Source: the human T2T-CHM13v2.0 reference genome, Homo sapiens. From it: a stretch of DNA of 64,000 nucleotides. This document shows, in pieces, positions 26,401 through 46,985 of this stretch (positions are counted from its first letter, which is position 1; every line of letters begins with the position of its first letter). The notes under the pieces are model-generated. The model was not told where the DNA came from, made no database searches, and worked only from the letters and a program-made list of their open reading frames with translations. Both the position numbers and the translations under genes were made by a program. Location: the NCBI RefSeq assembly GCF_009914755.1, contig NC_060943.1. One strand, written 5' to 3'.

Positions 26401-26768
26401 TGTAAACTGGTAAAGGAAATAATAAGAATCACTGTTTATATTCTCTGTGAAGTTTTAATTAATTAAAAAAACCTTTTTTAAAGTGCACTCACCTTAATGA
26501 AAAGTTAATATCCAACCTACAAGTATATTCAAAAAGCCTTTCTATTTTTATCTTTATAAAACCTGTTTTCTTGGAAGAGGAATTTTTTCTCACTCAACTA
26601 AATTTATTTTCTCCACTTTTACTTGTCACTGTTGATGCAAGCATAGAAGGCCCTAAAATAACCTCTGGTGGCCTGGGACTCCTCAAGAAAACAAAAAAGC
26701 CACCACAAATTGCATTTTAAAAGAAATATCTGCTTTTTTTTTCATGAAACCCCTAGAATTAAAAGTAA

Positions 26769-27155
<387 letters not shown>

Positions 27156-28033
27156 TAGCCCTGTTCATAAAGGTCCTCAACCAGAGACCAATAATCCAAT
27201 TAGAAAATTGGCAAACAAAAAATCTTATAGTTACTGAATCTTCTTCTGTTAGTCTAGATGGTTATATACATGTTTTGTGTGATGTCTATAAAAAAAAACC
27301 TCTAATTAATTGGCCTACAAATAAGCACTTAGATAAAATATTAAGACAAAATTAAAGTCTCTAGTGCTTCTTGGTTCACGCAACTTTAAGAAATAAAAAC
27401 ATTCTTGTAGAATACAAATATCTTACAAATGTAAATAGGTGGTCTAAATTATGCAGGCCAAATAGCAGGTTTGCTAAATGTTTTAATGTTGTAAACTGCT
27501 TCTTTGGCCTTTAAGAACTGTCAACCGGCCAGCTTCACAAATAGTAAGGCCTGGTGACATATAAAACTAACCATGCCCCTAACTATACTGGAAGAAGTCA
27601 GACTTTATCTGTTCCTAGCACATAATTAAAACAACTTACCAGGTTTTACATTAAAGTTAAAATTACATAAAGTTACCATTATAACATGTATTGAGACTAC
27701 TAAAAATGGATTTGCAGGCAATGTGTGTAAAAACGGTAAAATTTTTTAATAAAAAATTACAAGAAGGCATAAAAATCTACATTTTTCCTAGGAATAAAAG
27801 ATTGTCTTAAATTAAATAAAGTGAAAGTTTTAAGCAAATTTTTAAAATACCATAAAAATTAATTTTGCAAAAGAAAACCTCTGTGTAAACATATTAGCTA
27901 AATTCAAAGGAATACCATATGGTTTTTCTTTCAATTAAGCATTTAAATGAAAGCACAGCAAAGTTTTCTAAAGATGCTAATCTGCTCTATATCAAAATTT
28001 CTAAAAGATTATATAAAAGATTTGTAAAAAATC

Positions 28034-34180
<6,147 letters not shown>

Positions 34181-34664
34181 AAAAGATTTGTAAAAATCTC
34201 ATTTCATGGTCAAACTGGTTAAGATTAAATAGAATTGTCTATAATTTCATTAAAATTGCAGTTAACATTAATAGTCAACTAATGCAAGGGTAAAATTTGG
34301 CTTTCTCTTTTTAACAGGATTTTTATGTAATAGTAAGGGCTAATAAAAGGTTTTTGCTTTTTCAAATTTTTAATTCTTCATGTTGGTTAAACAAATAACT
34401 TATGATAATCTAAAATTCTATTCTGTAAGATTAACTGTTTTATACCTGTAACATATTTAACGAGCTCCCCAAAATCAAACTTCTGTTTCAAGGTTGTCTT
34501 TTCTGAGTCCTGGCTTTTTGGTGCTACAAAGAGTCCCTAAAGCATTCAAAAGAATGGCAAACAGAATTATTTAATATGTTTAGGAACATGGGATTGTCAA
34601 AATGATGTCTAATTTTTTTCAGTTTATATTTGAGTATATAATATTAACATATGTTCCAAAACCA

Positions 34665-34997
<333 letters not shown>

Positions 34998-35539
34998 CTA
35001 ATGTCTAAATATGTGCTATCAATCAAAATTAAGTTTGTTATGTTGGGTTATTGTAAACTACAAAGATAACCAAATTTTTTTGTCCATCATGTTTCTAACT
35101 GTAACCCTGGACATTTTGTCATTGGCAGACAATTTTCTTGTTTTAATCCTCTTAAAAAATGATTTATAATCAGCTGTGGAACTTTAACAGGTGCTCTCAA
35201 ACACAGATTTCTGATAACATAAAAGTACAGAACTCATAAAAAGCTAAAATGTTTATGGATATCAAGCAGAACCAAGTTAATAGAATGGATTTAGCTAATA
35301 GAAAACTAAAGCAATGTTTTTAACTTTCACTTAAAACATTGCTAATTTTTATTTTGTTTTTCAGAGTCAGAAAAACTTTCTTAAAAGTTTTAAAAACCGA
35401 GCAAGGTGTACTGCTGTAAACATAATTTGGACCATGTCTGTTTCTCTTTGCCTTGTTCTCCTAAAAATCAAAAACTAGTTATAAGTATTCTTAACTTAAA
35501 ACAATATAGTTGTTTGCATCAGTGAAACAAAAATTCATT

Positions 35540-35926
35540 TTCTTTTTTTCTGAGACATAGTCTCATTCTGTCTGTGGCTGATGTGCAGTGCCACAATCTC
35601 AGCTCACTGCAACCTTGCCTCCCGGGTTCAAGTGAGTCTCCTGCCTCAGCCTCCTGAGTAGCTGGGACTACAGGCATGCAACACCACAGCCAGCTAATTT
35701 TTGTATTTTTAGTAGAGATGGGATTTCACCATGGTGGCCAGGATGGTCTCAATCTCTTGACCTCGTGATCTTCCCACCTCAGCACAGCCAGCTAATTTTT
35801 GTATTTTTAGTAGAGATGGGGTTTCACCATGTTGGCCAGGATGGTCTCAATCTCTTGACCTCGTGATCTTCCCACCTCAACCTCCCAGAGTGCTGGGATT
35901 ACAGGCATGAGCCACCGTGCCCAGCT
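35540..35926 (-). mobile_element. AluSc-like with an internal 98-bp tandem duplication
   Basis: 35685-35782 is repeated at 35783-35880. Confidence 0.9.
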
Positions 35927-36510
35927 GAAAAATCCACTTTCTTATGCAATGAAACACAATAGAAAAATGCTAGTTGTTTTACCAAGGCTTTAATGGAAGG
36001 GTATGTTTTTTTTGTTTTTTTGTTTTTTTAAGAAATCAAGTTTAAGTTGCAAAGCCAAACCTCTTGGGAAAGCTGGCCTCATACCTGTAGTCTACACAGT
36101 CTTCATACAGAATTCCTGGCCTGTGGTGAGTAAAAAATGTCACTTTCTAACAGGCTCAGAAACACTATGATCTTGGAACCTCAAAAATACAGGAGTTTAC
36201 TCAACTCACAGGTATTTAAGGGTACAAATCCATGGCTTGGCCCAGCTTTAAAAAGTCCTATCTAAGATTTCTTTTGGAACAGAGTTTCATCGAAGCCTAT
36301 CAAAAAGGCCTATGTAGAGGTAGTTATTCTTGCTGCACTGTGATCAGTCAGGCCAAGTATAATACTAAAGTTTATTTTGCAAACAATTCAGTCTATTTTG
36401 AGTTGTTTTTAACAAAACAAAATCTAAAAAAAAAAATTATCTTTCAAAACTTACCATACATTTCTCATGAACTTCTAGTCTCATTGATTGTTTTAGAGTT
36501 TTTGATGACG

Positions 36511-36583
36511 TTTTTTGTTTTTTTTTTTTTTTTTTTTTTGAGACGGAGTCTCGCTCTGTCGCCCAGGCTGGAGTGCAGTGGCG
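36511..36583 (-). mobile_element. Very short AluY-like 3' fragment
   Basis: poly(T) followed by GAGACGGAGTCTCGCTCTGTCGCCCAGGCTGGAGTGCAGTGGCG with CpGs intact. Confidence 0.85.
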
Positions 36584-37033
36584 AGAAGCTTCTTTCTTAC
36601 AACTGGGAGAAATGACACAAAGACTCAACTTTTATGTCAGGTGGGAGAGAAAATGATTACTAGGGGCTAGAAAATTGTTGTTTCACTAATCAATGTTGAT
36701 TTTTATTGCTATTTTGTCTCAAATTATGTTAATAATAAAGTAATGGCCTTGATCCAAAAAATTTTTTAAAAACTTATTTTTTCAATCAGCCAAAATATTA
36801 ACCAAAAGGATAAAGGTATTTAAGTCATAATTTATAGTATAAAATTAAAATGTTTCTAGAAATATAAAAGGAAAAAAGATATATAAAAAATAAGAAAAGG
36901 AAAAAAGTGGATTACTCACAATAGCTAAGGTATGAAATCAACCTAAGTGTCCATCAACAGGTGAATAAATTTTAAAAAGTGGTATATTTACACAATGGAA
37001 TGCTCTTTATTCCTTAAAAAGAAAGAAGTCTTG

Positions 37034-37810
37034 CAGGTGGGCTCAGCAGTCTGTGTCTTAGCAAGCCTTGCAGAAATTCTGATGCACACTGAAGTTTGAG
37101 CGTCACTGGAATGGATAGTGTCCAAATGATTGCTGGGTCACCCCACCTATCCTGAATGTCAGGAACATCCTGAGTGAGACCAGTCAGTACATTGTAGCTC
37201 TTTCTCCAGCCACAACCAGAAAGTCTTTGCTTCCCCTTTGCCTTCCATGATTGTTAGTTTCCTGAAGCCTCTGCAGCTGTGCGAAACTAGAAAAAGATGC
37301 ACACCCAAAAGCCCCATTTGAAACTTCTAGACAGAAAGCCAAGCATTTGGAGAGTCTCTTTGAACAGTTTTAAACACAATTGCGGAAAAGAAAGCAACTC
37401 TACTCAGTGTGAAGATGATGAGAATGAAGACCTTTATGATGATCTACTTCCACTTAATAAATAGTGACTTTAGAATCCTTAACACAGCACTCAGCTACCA
37501 AGCCAATGAATAAGATTTTGCATCACAGTTGAAATCTGTTCTCCACTCCTTTTGTAGATGTTCTGAATTGGTTACCAGAAGCCAATTGTCTCATTATTAA
37601 GATGGCTTCTAAACTGATTCATTTTTGTGATACATAATGACTGTTAGTTGAGGTCTAGTTGTATGGTAAAAAATGCTGATGAAGAATGTTGTCTACAGAG
37701 AGGATAGTCAACTAAAATTAACTGTGAGCTATGCTAAGGAGCTATACTTAATTCGTTCAGACTTTATTTGGCCAGGTTTTTTTTTATATTTCAAAGAAGA
37801 AAATTTTTTA
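37034..37810 (+). pseudogene. Putative processed retrocopy of a spliced non-coding transcript containing exonised MER5A, MST/THE1 and MER2 pieces
   Basis: It interrupts the L1M between degenerate direct repeats (aaagaagtctt / aaaacagtctt). The TE fragments end abruptly at positions recalled as cryptic splice sites. Confidence 0.5.
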
Positions 37811-37934
37811 AAACAGTCTTTATTTGCAACAACATTGATGAACCTGGAAAATAAGCCAGCAATAAGCCAGCACACACACAAAACAATAGCAAATTATCTC
37901 ACTTCTATGTAGAGTATTAAAAAATTCAAACTCA

Positions 37935-38043
37935 CTCCAGGTGTGAAGTGGCGGCCTTGTGTGTGATCTTTCTGCCCTCCCCAAGTTTGCATTTTCAACA
38001 TTAAAGTCTACTTTTTAATTAAAAGTTTTAAGTTGGAGAATAA
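37935..38043 (+). mobile_element. Short polyadenylated retroposed fragment, probably an SVA2 3' unique end
   Basis: GTGTGAAGTGGCGGCCTTGTGTGTGATCTTTCTGCCCTCCCCAAGTTTGCATTTTCAACATTAAAG...ATTAAA plus an A tail. 16-bp TSD with 2 mismatches (37919-37934 / 38044-38059). Family name from recall. Confidence 0.55.
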
Positions 38044-41000
38044 AAAAAATTGATACTCATAAAAGCAAAGAGTAGAATGATGATTGCCTGAAGCTGGAGG
38101 TGGAGGAGATGTTGGTCAAAAGTAATGAGTGTTTCCTACATCTCTTACCTTAACAAATAAGTTATTCTTCTCTTTTTTTAAATCACCAGGGAATTGAATA
38201 TTTCCTGAAGAATTAAAACTGAAAGAATAATATATATTTATTAAAGCAATGTAGGTTGTATACTGAAATTTCAGAGGCTTAGTAAAATAATATATATTCT
38301 GCTAAAATCACCATTTCCTTTTTTTCTGATTAAGAGGACTTTTTTATGACCTTTCAGGGATTATGTTTTCTTTCACTTTCTATCTGCATTCTCTTTCTTC
38401 AGCCAACTGATTAAAAAAAGATGCAGAGAAGATACATTTTCTTCTCATCCACACATCACTTCCACTTTCTATTAGTCAATGTGAGTAGAGCTGAGAATAG
38501 CTGTTTTCTAGCATGACAGCAATTTCTCAGAAATAAAAACACTCTGAAACAAAACTATAAATCTTTCATCAAAAGTTAATGTATTTTAAGCAAAATAAGC
38601 ATATGCATCAATAATAAAATGCTTGTGGTAGAATCGATTTATTTTGTTGATTTCTATTGAGTTCAGATAAGATTTGACCAAAAGCTAGCAAATATAGAGC
38701 AGAAAAAAGAATATTATCTGAAATCAGAATATGGTAAATGAAGTTAATTTGTCAATAGAAATAAGAATATTATGACCTCATGCTAATAGTCTCATCTAAA
38801 GTTGTACAACACCAAATGCTACGTTTTATTATAGACTGTATTTTACATAAGTATTCAATTTATATCATCCTCTTTCACTATTTCAATGCCTTCTCCACTT
38901 TGTATCAGTGGAAAACAGGCCAGCTACTTCCAGGAAAGCAGGCAATGCTCTTCTTACTTTAACAATGATGATGAAGAGCACTTGTTTCAGTGATGCTCCC
39001 GTGCCAAAAACTGTTATTTTGGCGGAAGTACTAGTTTTCTATTTTTCTCTATATTTATTAATAATAAAATTCTTAACCAAGAGGAATTTATCTCATTCAA
39101 GTTTTAAGGAATTTTGTTTACATTTAAGTGTCTCTGACTTTCCTGGAATATTGAAATTTTTATGAATCTAAGTTGAGTACTATAAATAAACAATCTTTTA
39201 CTAAAATACTTTTTGAAGTGGGGTGATATTTATAAAAACTTTTCATAACATTGAAGATATGTTTTAACCATGTTCCCAGTAATCACTCTGAACATAGAAT
39301 TTTCAATTTTCACTGAGTCACTCAGGGGAAATTGATATCTTTACAAATGGGCAAAAAAAAAAGGTGCTGAGTGGAGGTGCAACACATTGCACATCAATGC
39401 TTTTCACATGCAACTATTAGGGTCTTAATTTAATTGAACTGTCATTTGCATAGCTAGACACTTACTGAATCTAGTCATACTATTTTTTGGCAACTAGTGC
39501 CATGTTTGTCACCTATTAGTTTTATACACTTATTTGCTTGACTGAAAAAAATAAATCTTCTTTTAACTTACTCTAAATTGAGAGACTAGATTTACATTCT
39601 GGAGCTATAATAGAAGTTGAATGTTTTTAATACTATTTTTGGCAAATTCTCATATATTCACATATAAATTTTATGAAAAGATAGGGAGTTGACAAAAAGT
39701 AAAAAAATTCAAATACGTTAAGCAATTTTGAGATCTATTGCACAGCAGGGTAACTATAGTAAACTATAAAATATTGTATATTTCAAAATAGTAAATTTTA
39801 AATGTACTACCACAAAAATGATAGGTAAGCAAGTTCACAGATATGTTATTAAACTAATTATTCCATATTTTATAAATATACTAAAACATCACATCGTAGC
39901 CCATAAATTTATGCATCTGTGATTTGTCAATCAAAAATACTACTACTTTTTTTATGAGAGTGAAATAAGCTTTAAGATATTGCACCAGAGAAAAATGTTT
40001 GTTCATCTTAAAATTTTAGAAAGCGTATACATACATATTTTTTATTTCAAATGGCTTGCTCATTTACTGATGTACGTAAACTTTTAATATCATGAACAGT
40101 CAGAACCCAGCACTCAGAAATAGACTGTTGATTTTTAGTGTTCAAAATAATATAATACTTTAAAAGACAGACTCTAAAGCAACTGTTTAGAGTAAAATTC
40201 TCTTTAAATTTTTAAATAAATGATTTCCTTCACTTGTTAGAAAAAAATTTTAATGTTTTTAAACTACATTGAAATTTATCAAATTAACATAAATTTATTA
40301 GACAATAAAAAACAATATGCCTTCTTCTAATTATAAAACTGACAGACACTCTGCATTTAACCAAATACTTTGGTACATGGATTTTAACGATATCTCTAAT
40401 GACTTAAAAGAGCCACTAGTTTTAATTTAGAAGTATATTAAATTTTTATATTAAAATCTAGGATTAGCCTATTATTACATAGAAAATTTGTGGTCTGCAT
40501 GTACATCATCAGTTGAGTGGTCTACAGTTTTGGAGTTTCAGAAACACTAATATAAGAATACTTCTTCCGATTGAGTAATTTAAGTTTTCTCAGTGACTAA
40601 AAAAGATTAGAATTACTGATCACTCACTTACGATGTGGTTTTAAATGTTATTTAATGAAGATATATAAAGTTTCTTTTAAAATCATTTTAACAACTTATT
40701 TCTTTTGCTTTTTCACTTTTATTAGAAAATAAGTATGAAAATTTATGTTACTACAAACCCATAAATTTTATTTAAATCTAGACATAGTGTTAATCTTCAA
40801 AGATCTGATATTTAAAATTTTGGATAACCTATTTATACTTAGAAGATAAATAACTGCTTTCCAGTAAATCTAATGGGGCAATTTTGACTCTCAATTATAA
40901 GCTATTAAAATATTAATACTATCATCTAGGTGGAAATTTTAGGTATCTGCATGCTCAGGTTGTTTAGCATATAAATCAGAAACTATAAATGTTTATAAAC

Positions 41001-41892
41001 TATAAATAATAAACTAAAAATATAAAGTATCATTTTTTCTCAGTTTTGAAATACTGTCATTATTTCTAGGTGACATTAACACTCAATTACAGAGGCTGTG
41101 GCTGTTGAAATTAGAAATGTCATGGTTGATTCTTCTTTACTTGCTGCCTTTTTATTTCACACAAACACAGCAGCACAAGTAAGGCAAGAAAGGCCACGCT
41201 TTGACTGCAAACACATCAGTGCCCTTCTAGGGAGAATAAATGTGTGAGCATATTCACTTGAAATTCATGGCATCTTTTGTTCAAGTACAGACTTTCATAT
41301 GGAAAGTAAAAAAGACAATAATTTCACAGCAATAGCATAAGAAAAGTACTCTAAAAATACCTTCTGACCCATTATTTCTATTTTTCACAAGAATGATTGT
41401 GATGGAATGAGCATTTGCAGCACTGTGGTCTTAACCTCCACTTTCTGTTTAATTATTTTTGGAATACGACCATAAGACTTTTGTGCTTTTTTTTTTTTTT
41501 AGAAAAAATGTTTTATATTTCTAATTCAGTAATTTAGCATAATTTTTTGTCTCACACTTTCAAAAATAGTTCATTCTGAAAAAAATGATTAAACCACTTC
41601 TTACCACTTTTTCCCCAAAAAGAGTAGAGTAACAAATGAAGTCTATAAGTCTAGAGTACAGTTAATTCATAAATAATAAAGGTGTAATGTGTTTTAGCTG
41701 CACACTTGAAAATGAAACACTTTTTGGACTATAGCCCAAGAGTTTTCAGAGAGGTTAGCTTATAACATGTGAGGAGACCTGGTATAGAAACATTCACCCC
41801 ACGCCTTAAGAGGTGAAAATTTGTCTTTCACTCTTAATTTCAACTATTAACCCAGAGCTGGAAAAATAGAACATTTCATTATACCAAAAACA

Positions 41893-44750
41893 TTTTGTTT
41901 TTATTTTATATCTAAGGGGTACATGTGCAGATTTGTAAAACATGTATACTATATGATGTTGAGGTTTGGACACTTAATTATTCCATTGCCCAAGTAGTAT
42001 ACATCATACCTAACCAGATTTTCAATGCTTGTCTCCCTTCCTTCCTCCTTCTCTTTAGAATTCCCAGTGTTTCTTGTTTTCATCTTTGTTTCCATGTGCA
42101 CCCAATTTTTAGCGTCCATGTATGAGTGAGAACATGTGGCATTTGTTTTTCTGATGCATTAATTTGCTTAGAATGGCCTTCTGCTGCATTCATGTTGCTG
42201 CAAAAGACGTTACTTCATGCTCTTCTGTTGCTGCATAGTATTGGAGGTTGTATAAGTACATCATTTTTTCTTAACCAATAAAAGATTCATGGGTAACTGG
42301 TTTAATTCTGTTTTTACTATTGTGAATAGTGTTGCAATTAACATGTGAGTGCTGGTGTCTCTTTGGGAAAATTATTTTTTCGGGGCAGATCCCCAGTAAT
42401 GGGGTTAATTGGTCAAATGGCAATTGTATTTTTAGTTCTTTGAGAAGTTTCCAAACTGCTTTGCACAGGGCTGAATCAATTTGCATTCCCATCAACAGTG
42501 TAGAAAGATTTCCTTTTCTCCACAACTTCAAATCTTATCTTACTTTTAATAACAGTCATTCTTACTGGTGTGAAATGGTATTGCACTGTCACCCTGATTT
42601 ACATCTTTCTGATAATTAGGAATGTTGAGCAATTTTTATGTTTATTGGTAGCTCTGTCTTCCTTTGAGAAGCTAGCTATTTATATCATTTGCTTTTTTAT
42701 TAAATGTTTTATAGATTCATATATTAATCCTTTATTTTCTGCAGTTTGCAAATATTTTATTTCATACTGTAGGTCATCTGTTTACTTTGTTGGTAGTTTC
42801 TTTTACTGTGCAGAAGCTCTTTGGCTGAATTAGATGCCATTTTCAATTTTTATTTTTGTTGCACTCATGTTAGATGTTAGTCATAAATTCTTTCCAGAGG
42901 CCAATATTTTCTAAGTGTTCTCCCAAGATTTTTGTAGCTTGAAGACCCACAGATAAAGTCTTTAATCTGTTATTTTTTTATATAGAAAAAGGTAGTTCAG
43001 TTTTCTTCCACATACAACTAACCAGTTTTCCCAGTATTATTTACTGAATAGGGAGTTAATTCCCCTTTTATTTCTGTTGGCTTTGTAAAAATAACCTGGT
43101 TGTAAAGTGTAGCTTAGCTCAGGACTCTCTCCTATTTCATTGGTCTATATGTATATTTTTGTACCAGAACCATGTTATACTGGCTACTCTGCTGCAATCT
43201 TGGCTCACTGCAACCTCCACCTCCCAGGTTCAAGTAGTTCTCTTGCCTCAGCCTCCCAAGCAGCTGAGATTACAGGCACGCACCACCACACCTGGCTAAT
43301 TTTTTGTATTTAGTAGACACTGGTTTCACCATGTTGGCCAGGCTGGTGTCAAACTTCTGACCTCAGGTGATCCATCCACCTTAGCCTCCCAAAGATGACA
43401 GGTGTGAGCCATCACGCTCGACACAGATTTATTCTTTTAGTCTGAAGCAGTCTTGGCTATTTGAGCTCTTTAATTCTCTTGTATATATTTTGGAATATTT
43501 TCTTTTTCTAATTCTATAAAAAAGCATCATAGATAGTCTGATAAAAATAGCACTTAATCCGTAGGTTGCTTTAGGCAGAATGACCATTTTAACTATATTA
43601 TTTGAATCCATGAGCATCCAGTATTTTTCCATTTATTTGCATTCTCTCTCATTTCTTTCAGCAATGTTTTGTAGTTCTCTGTAGAGATATTTTACCCCCT
43701 TGATTTAATGTATTTCTAGGTATTTTTTTTTTGTGGCTATTGTAAATAGAGCTGTTTTTTATTTTGTTCTCAGTTTATTGGTGTACAGAAATTCTATGCA
43801 TTTGGGTTGATTTTGTATTCTGAGATTTTTTTGAAGTCTTTAGGCTTAGGAGTCTTTTGGTGAAATCTTTAAAGTATTCTTGGTAGAGAATTATATCATC
43901 AGTAAAGATAATTTGACTTCGTTTTCTATTCAGATTCCTTTTATTTCTCTGGCTACGACTCCATAACTATGTTCAGTAGGACTGTTTGGAATGGATATTC
44001 TTATTTTTATTCTTATGGAGAATGCATCCATTTTTGTTTTAGTATCATGATGGCTAAGGATTTGTCACAGATGACATTATTTTGAGGTATGTTTCATCAG
44101 TGTCTAGTGTATTGAGAATATTTTTGTCAATATTGCATTTTCTTGGATGCTTTTTCTGCACCTATTGTGTTAAATATTTTTTTCTTTTAATTATCTTTAC
44201 ATGGTGAATCACACTAATTGACTTGCCTATGATGAAACACCTTTGTTTTTATGGAATAAAGCTCACGTGATTGTAGCAAAATAACTTGGATTTGCTTTGG
44301 AATTCAGTTTGCTAGAATTTCATGGATTATTGTTCCAATGTTCACCCAGAATATTGACCTGTAGTTTCCTTTTTTTGTTATGTCTTCACTAGATTTTAGT
44401 TTCATATATTTCACTGATTTCATATAATTAGTTAGATTGAAATGCCACCTTGATTTTTTGGAATACATTCAGTAGGATTAGGACCAGCTTATCTTTGTAT
44501 ATGTAGTAAAACTTGGCTGTGATTTCATATGATCCAGGGCTTTTTATGGTTAGTAGTTTCATTATTACTTGTTCAAGGTCACTATACATTTTACATTTTT
44601 GCTCTGTTAAAGACTTCTGTTATTTTCTGTCAATATTGGGAAGTTTTGTGTATCTGGGAGTTTGTTTTCTCTAAATTTTCTACTTTGCATGCATGTTCAT
44701 AGAAGTCTCTGAGGATATTTTTAAATCTATGTAGAATTAGATGTGATTTC
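41893..44750 (-). mobile_element. Old L1 (L1PB/L1MA-like) 3' half, antisense, containing an Alu at ~43190-43424
   Basis: ggggtacatgtgcagatttg 3'-UTR signature plus degenerate ORF2 peptides on the minus strand (42271-42531, 43429-43632). Confidence 0.8.
43190..43424 (-). mobile_element. Partial AluS
   Basis: gcaatcttggctcactgcaacctcc...gtgagccatcacg. Confidence 0.85.
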
Positions 44751-44759
44751 TCATCTCTA

Positions 44760-46985
44760 ACATTTAAATAAATGCAGAATAAGAGTTTAACAAAATTCAA
44801 CATTTCTTCATAAATTTCTGAAAAAAGTAGGTATAGGACAAATAAACCTCAAGCCAATAAATGTCACATATAACACACATATAAAAAGCACAGCTAATAA
44901 CATACTAAACAGGGAAATCTTGTAAGCTTTTACTCTAAGAGCAAGAAGACAAAAATGCCCACTTTTTTCAGTCTTATTAGACATAGTATGAACTATCCAA
45001 GACAGAAAAATTAGTAAGTAAAATCAAAGCACTGAGATTAGAAAAAATGTTAAATTATTCCTGTGTAATTTTTCATTTCTATACATAATTTTAAGTAAAC
45101 AAAAGCCTATTACTAAAAATTAGGACTAATAAACAAATTTATTAAACTTGCAGAATACAAAAGCAACATCCAAGTGTCCATAGAATTTCTATACATTGAC
45201 AACTATCTTTAAATGAAATTAAAGAAATTAATACACAATTGGAAAAATATTACTTTCATAAGTTGGCATTAATATTGTTAAACATCTGTATTATACAAAA
45301 TTATGTACAGCTATAATGCAACCTCTACCAAAATACCAGAGACATAACTGACAAATTTTTAAAAATATATCTAAAATTTACAGGATACCAGAAAAGGCCC
45401 TGAATAGCCAAAGCAACCAAGCAATAGAAAAAGTGAAGGTATCACTCTACCAGACTGAACTGAAATATACTAAAAAGCTATAGTAAACAAACAAACAAAC
45501 AAAAAAGTATGGTACTTGAATAAAAACAGACACACAGGCAAGTAGAGAAGAAAAAGGAGACCAGAAATATCTTGATGTTTATATTGATGTATTTACAGCC
45601 ATCTGATTTTTAAATAAAGGTGGCAATTTCTTAGGGAAAAGGCAGTATCTTCAATAAATGGTGTTGAGAAAACTTTATATCCACATGTAGAGGAATATAA
45701 TAAGACCCTCAACTCACACCATATATAAACAAATTAGATACTTAAAATAAAAACACAAAATAAATTAGATACTTAAATGTAAGGTCTAAAACTCTGAAAC
45801 TACTATAAAAAACATAGACTGAAAGCCCTGTAACATTGGTTGGGCAGTCACTTTTAGAATTTGACCTCAAATCCCAAGGAGCAAATTGAAAAAATACATG
45901 AATCAGATTATTTTAAATTTAAAAACTGCTGCACGGAATATAATACAATCAACAGGATGAGGCAACTAAAAAATGGAAGAAAATATTTGCAAATCATAAA
46001 TGTGACAAGGGATTAATATCAAAACTAACAAACTCAAATGACTATACAATAAAAAACAAATATTAAAAATGAGAAAAAGGCTTAAATATTTTTCAGAAAA
46101 ACACATACATATGACCAACAGATATATTTAAAAAATGCTCAATGTAAATTATTATCAGGAAAGGCAAGCAAAAAAAGAACTATGAGATATCAACTCACTT
46201 CTGTTAGAATGACTCTAATTAAGAAGAAAAAGTGTTGGTAGAATTCTGAAGAAAAGAAAATGCTTGCACACTATTTGTTTGAATGTAAGTGAGGACAGCC
46301 ATTATGAAAAATAGAGTTTTCTTAAAAAACTTAAAAATAGAACTACCATATGACAATTGCACCACTGTATATCCAAAACAAAGGAAATTAGAATGAAGAA
46401 ACATTTGCACTTCTAGGTTGTTCGCAGCACTCTTCACACGTAAAATACATAAAATCAACAGTTCAACATCTAATGAGTAAATAAAGACAATGTGGTAGAT
46501 ATACACAATGGAATAATATTCATCTTTAAACAACAAAAATTCTATTATTTTCAATCACATGGATTACCCTAGAGGACATTTTATTAGTTGAAATAAGCAA
46601 GGCACAGAAAGATTAAATGTCCCATGAGTTCACTTACACATGGATTCTGAAAAAGTTAATCTCATCGATGTAGAGAGTAAAATGGTGACCACCAAATGCA
46701 AAGGTATTTAGAAGAAATGGGGGCATTGAAAGATGTCTGTCAAGGAATACATAATTATACTTGGATAAAAGATAATTTCAAGAGATTTATTGTACAGCAT
46801 GGTGACTATAGTTCATAATGTATTTGTATTTTTGAAAAATGCTTACAATTTCATGTGGTCTAACCACAAAAATGTTAACAAGATAAAGCATTAATTACCT
46901 AGAACTAAGCATTTGATAATGTATATATACTTCAAAATGTTAACAAAAGAAATACACATTTTATTTGTCAAGTTAAAAATATATT
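44760..46985 (+). mobile_element. Old L1M (ORF2 RT remnant to 3' UTR)
   Basis: Degenerate ORF2 (tcttcaataaatggtgttgagaaaac) and an L1MA-type 3' UTR (ttgtacagcatggtgactatagttcataat). Confidence 0.75.

Larger units (their letters stand above)
36910..38125 (+). mobile_element. Old L1M 3' end, interrupted by two insertions
   Basis: cacaatagctaaggtatgaaatcaacctaagtgtccatcaac ... atttgcaacaacattgatgaacctgg ... gagtagaatgatgattgcc. Confidence 0.75.

Noticed and set aside
41893-46985. Back-to-back antisense and sense L1M segments as one twin-primed inversion
   Set aside because: Both carry their own 3' UTR and cover overlapping ORF2 coordinates, so they are two independent insertions.
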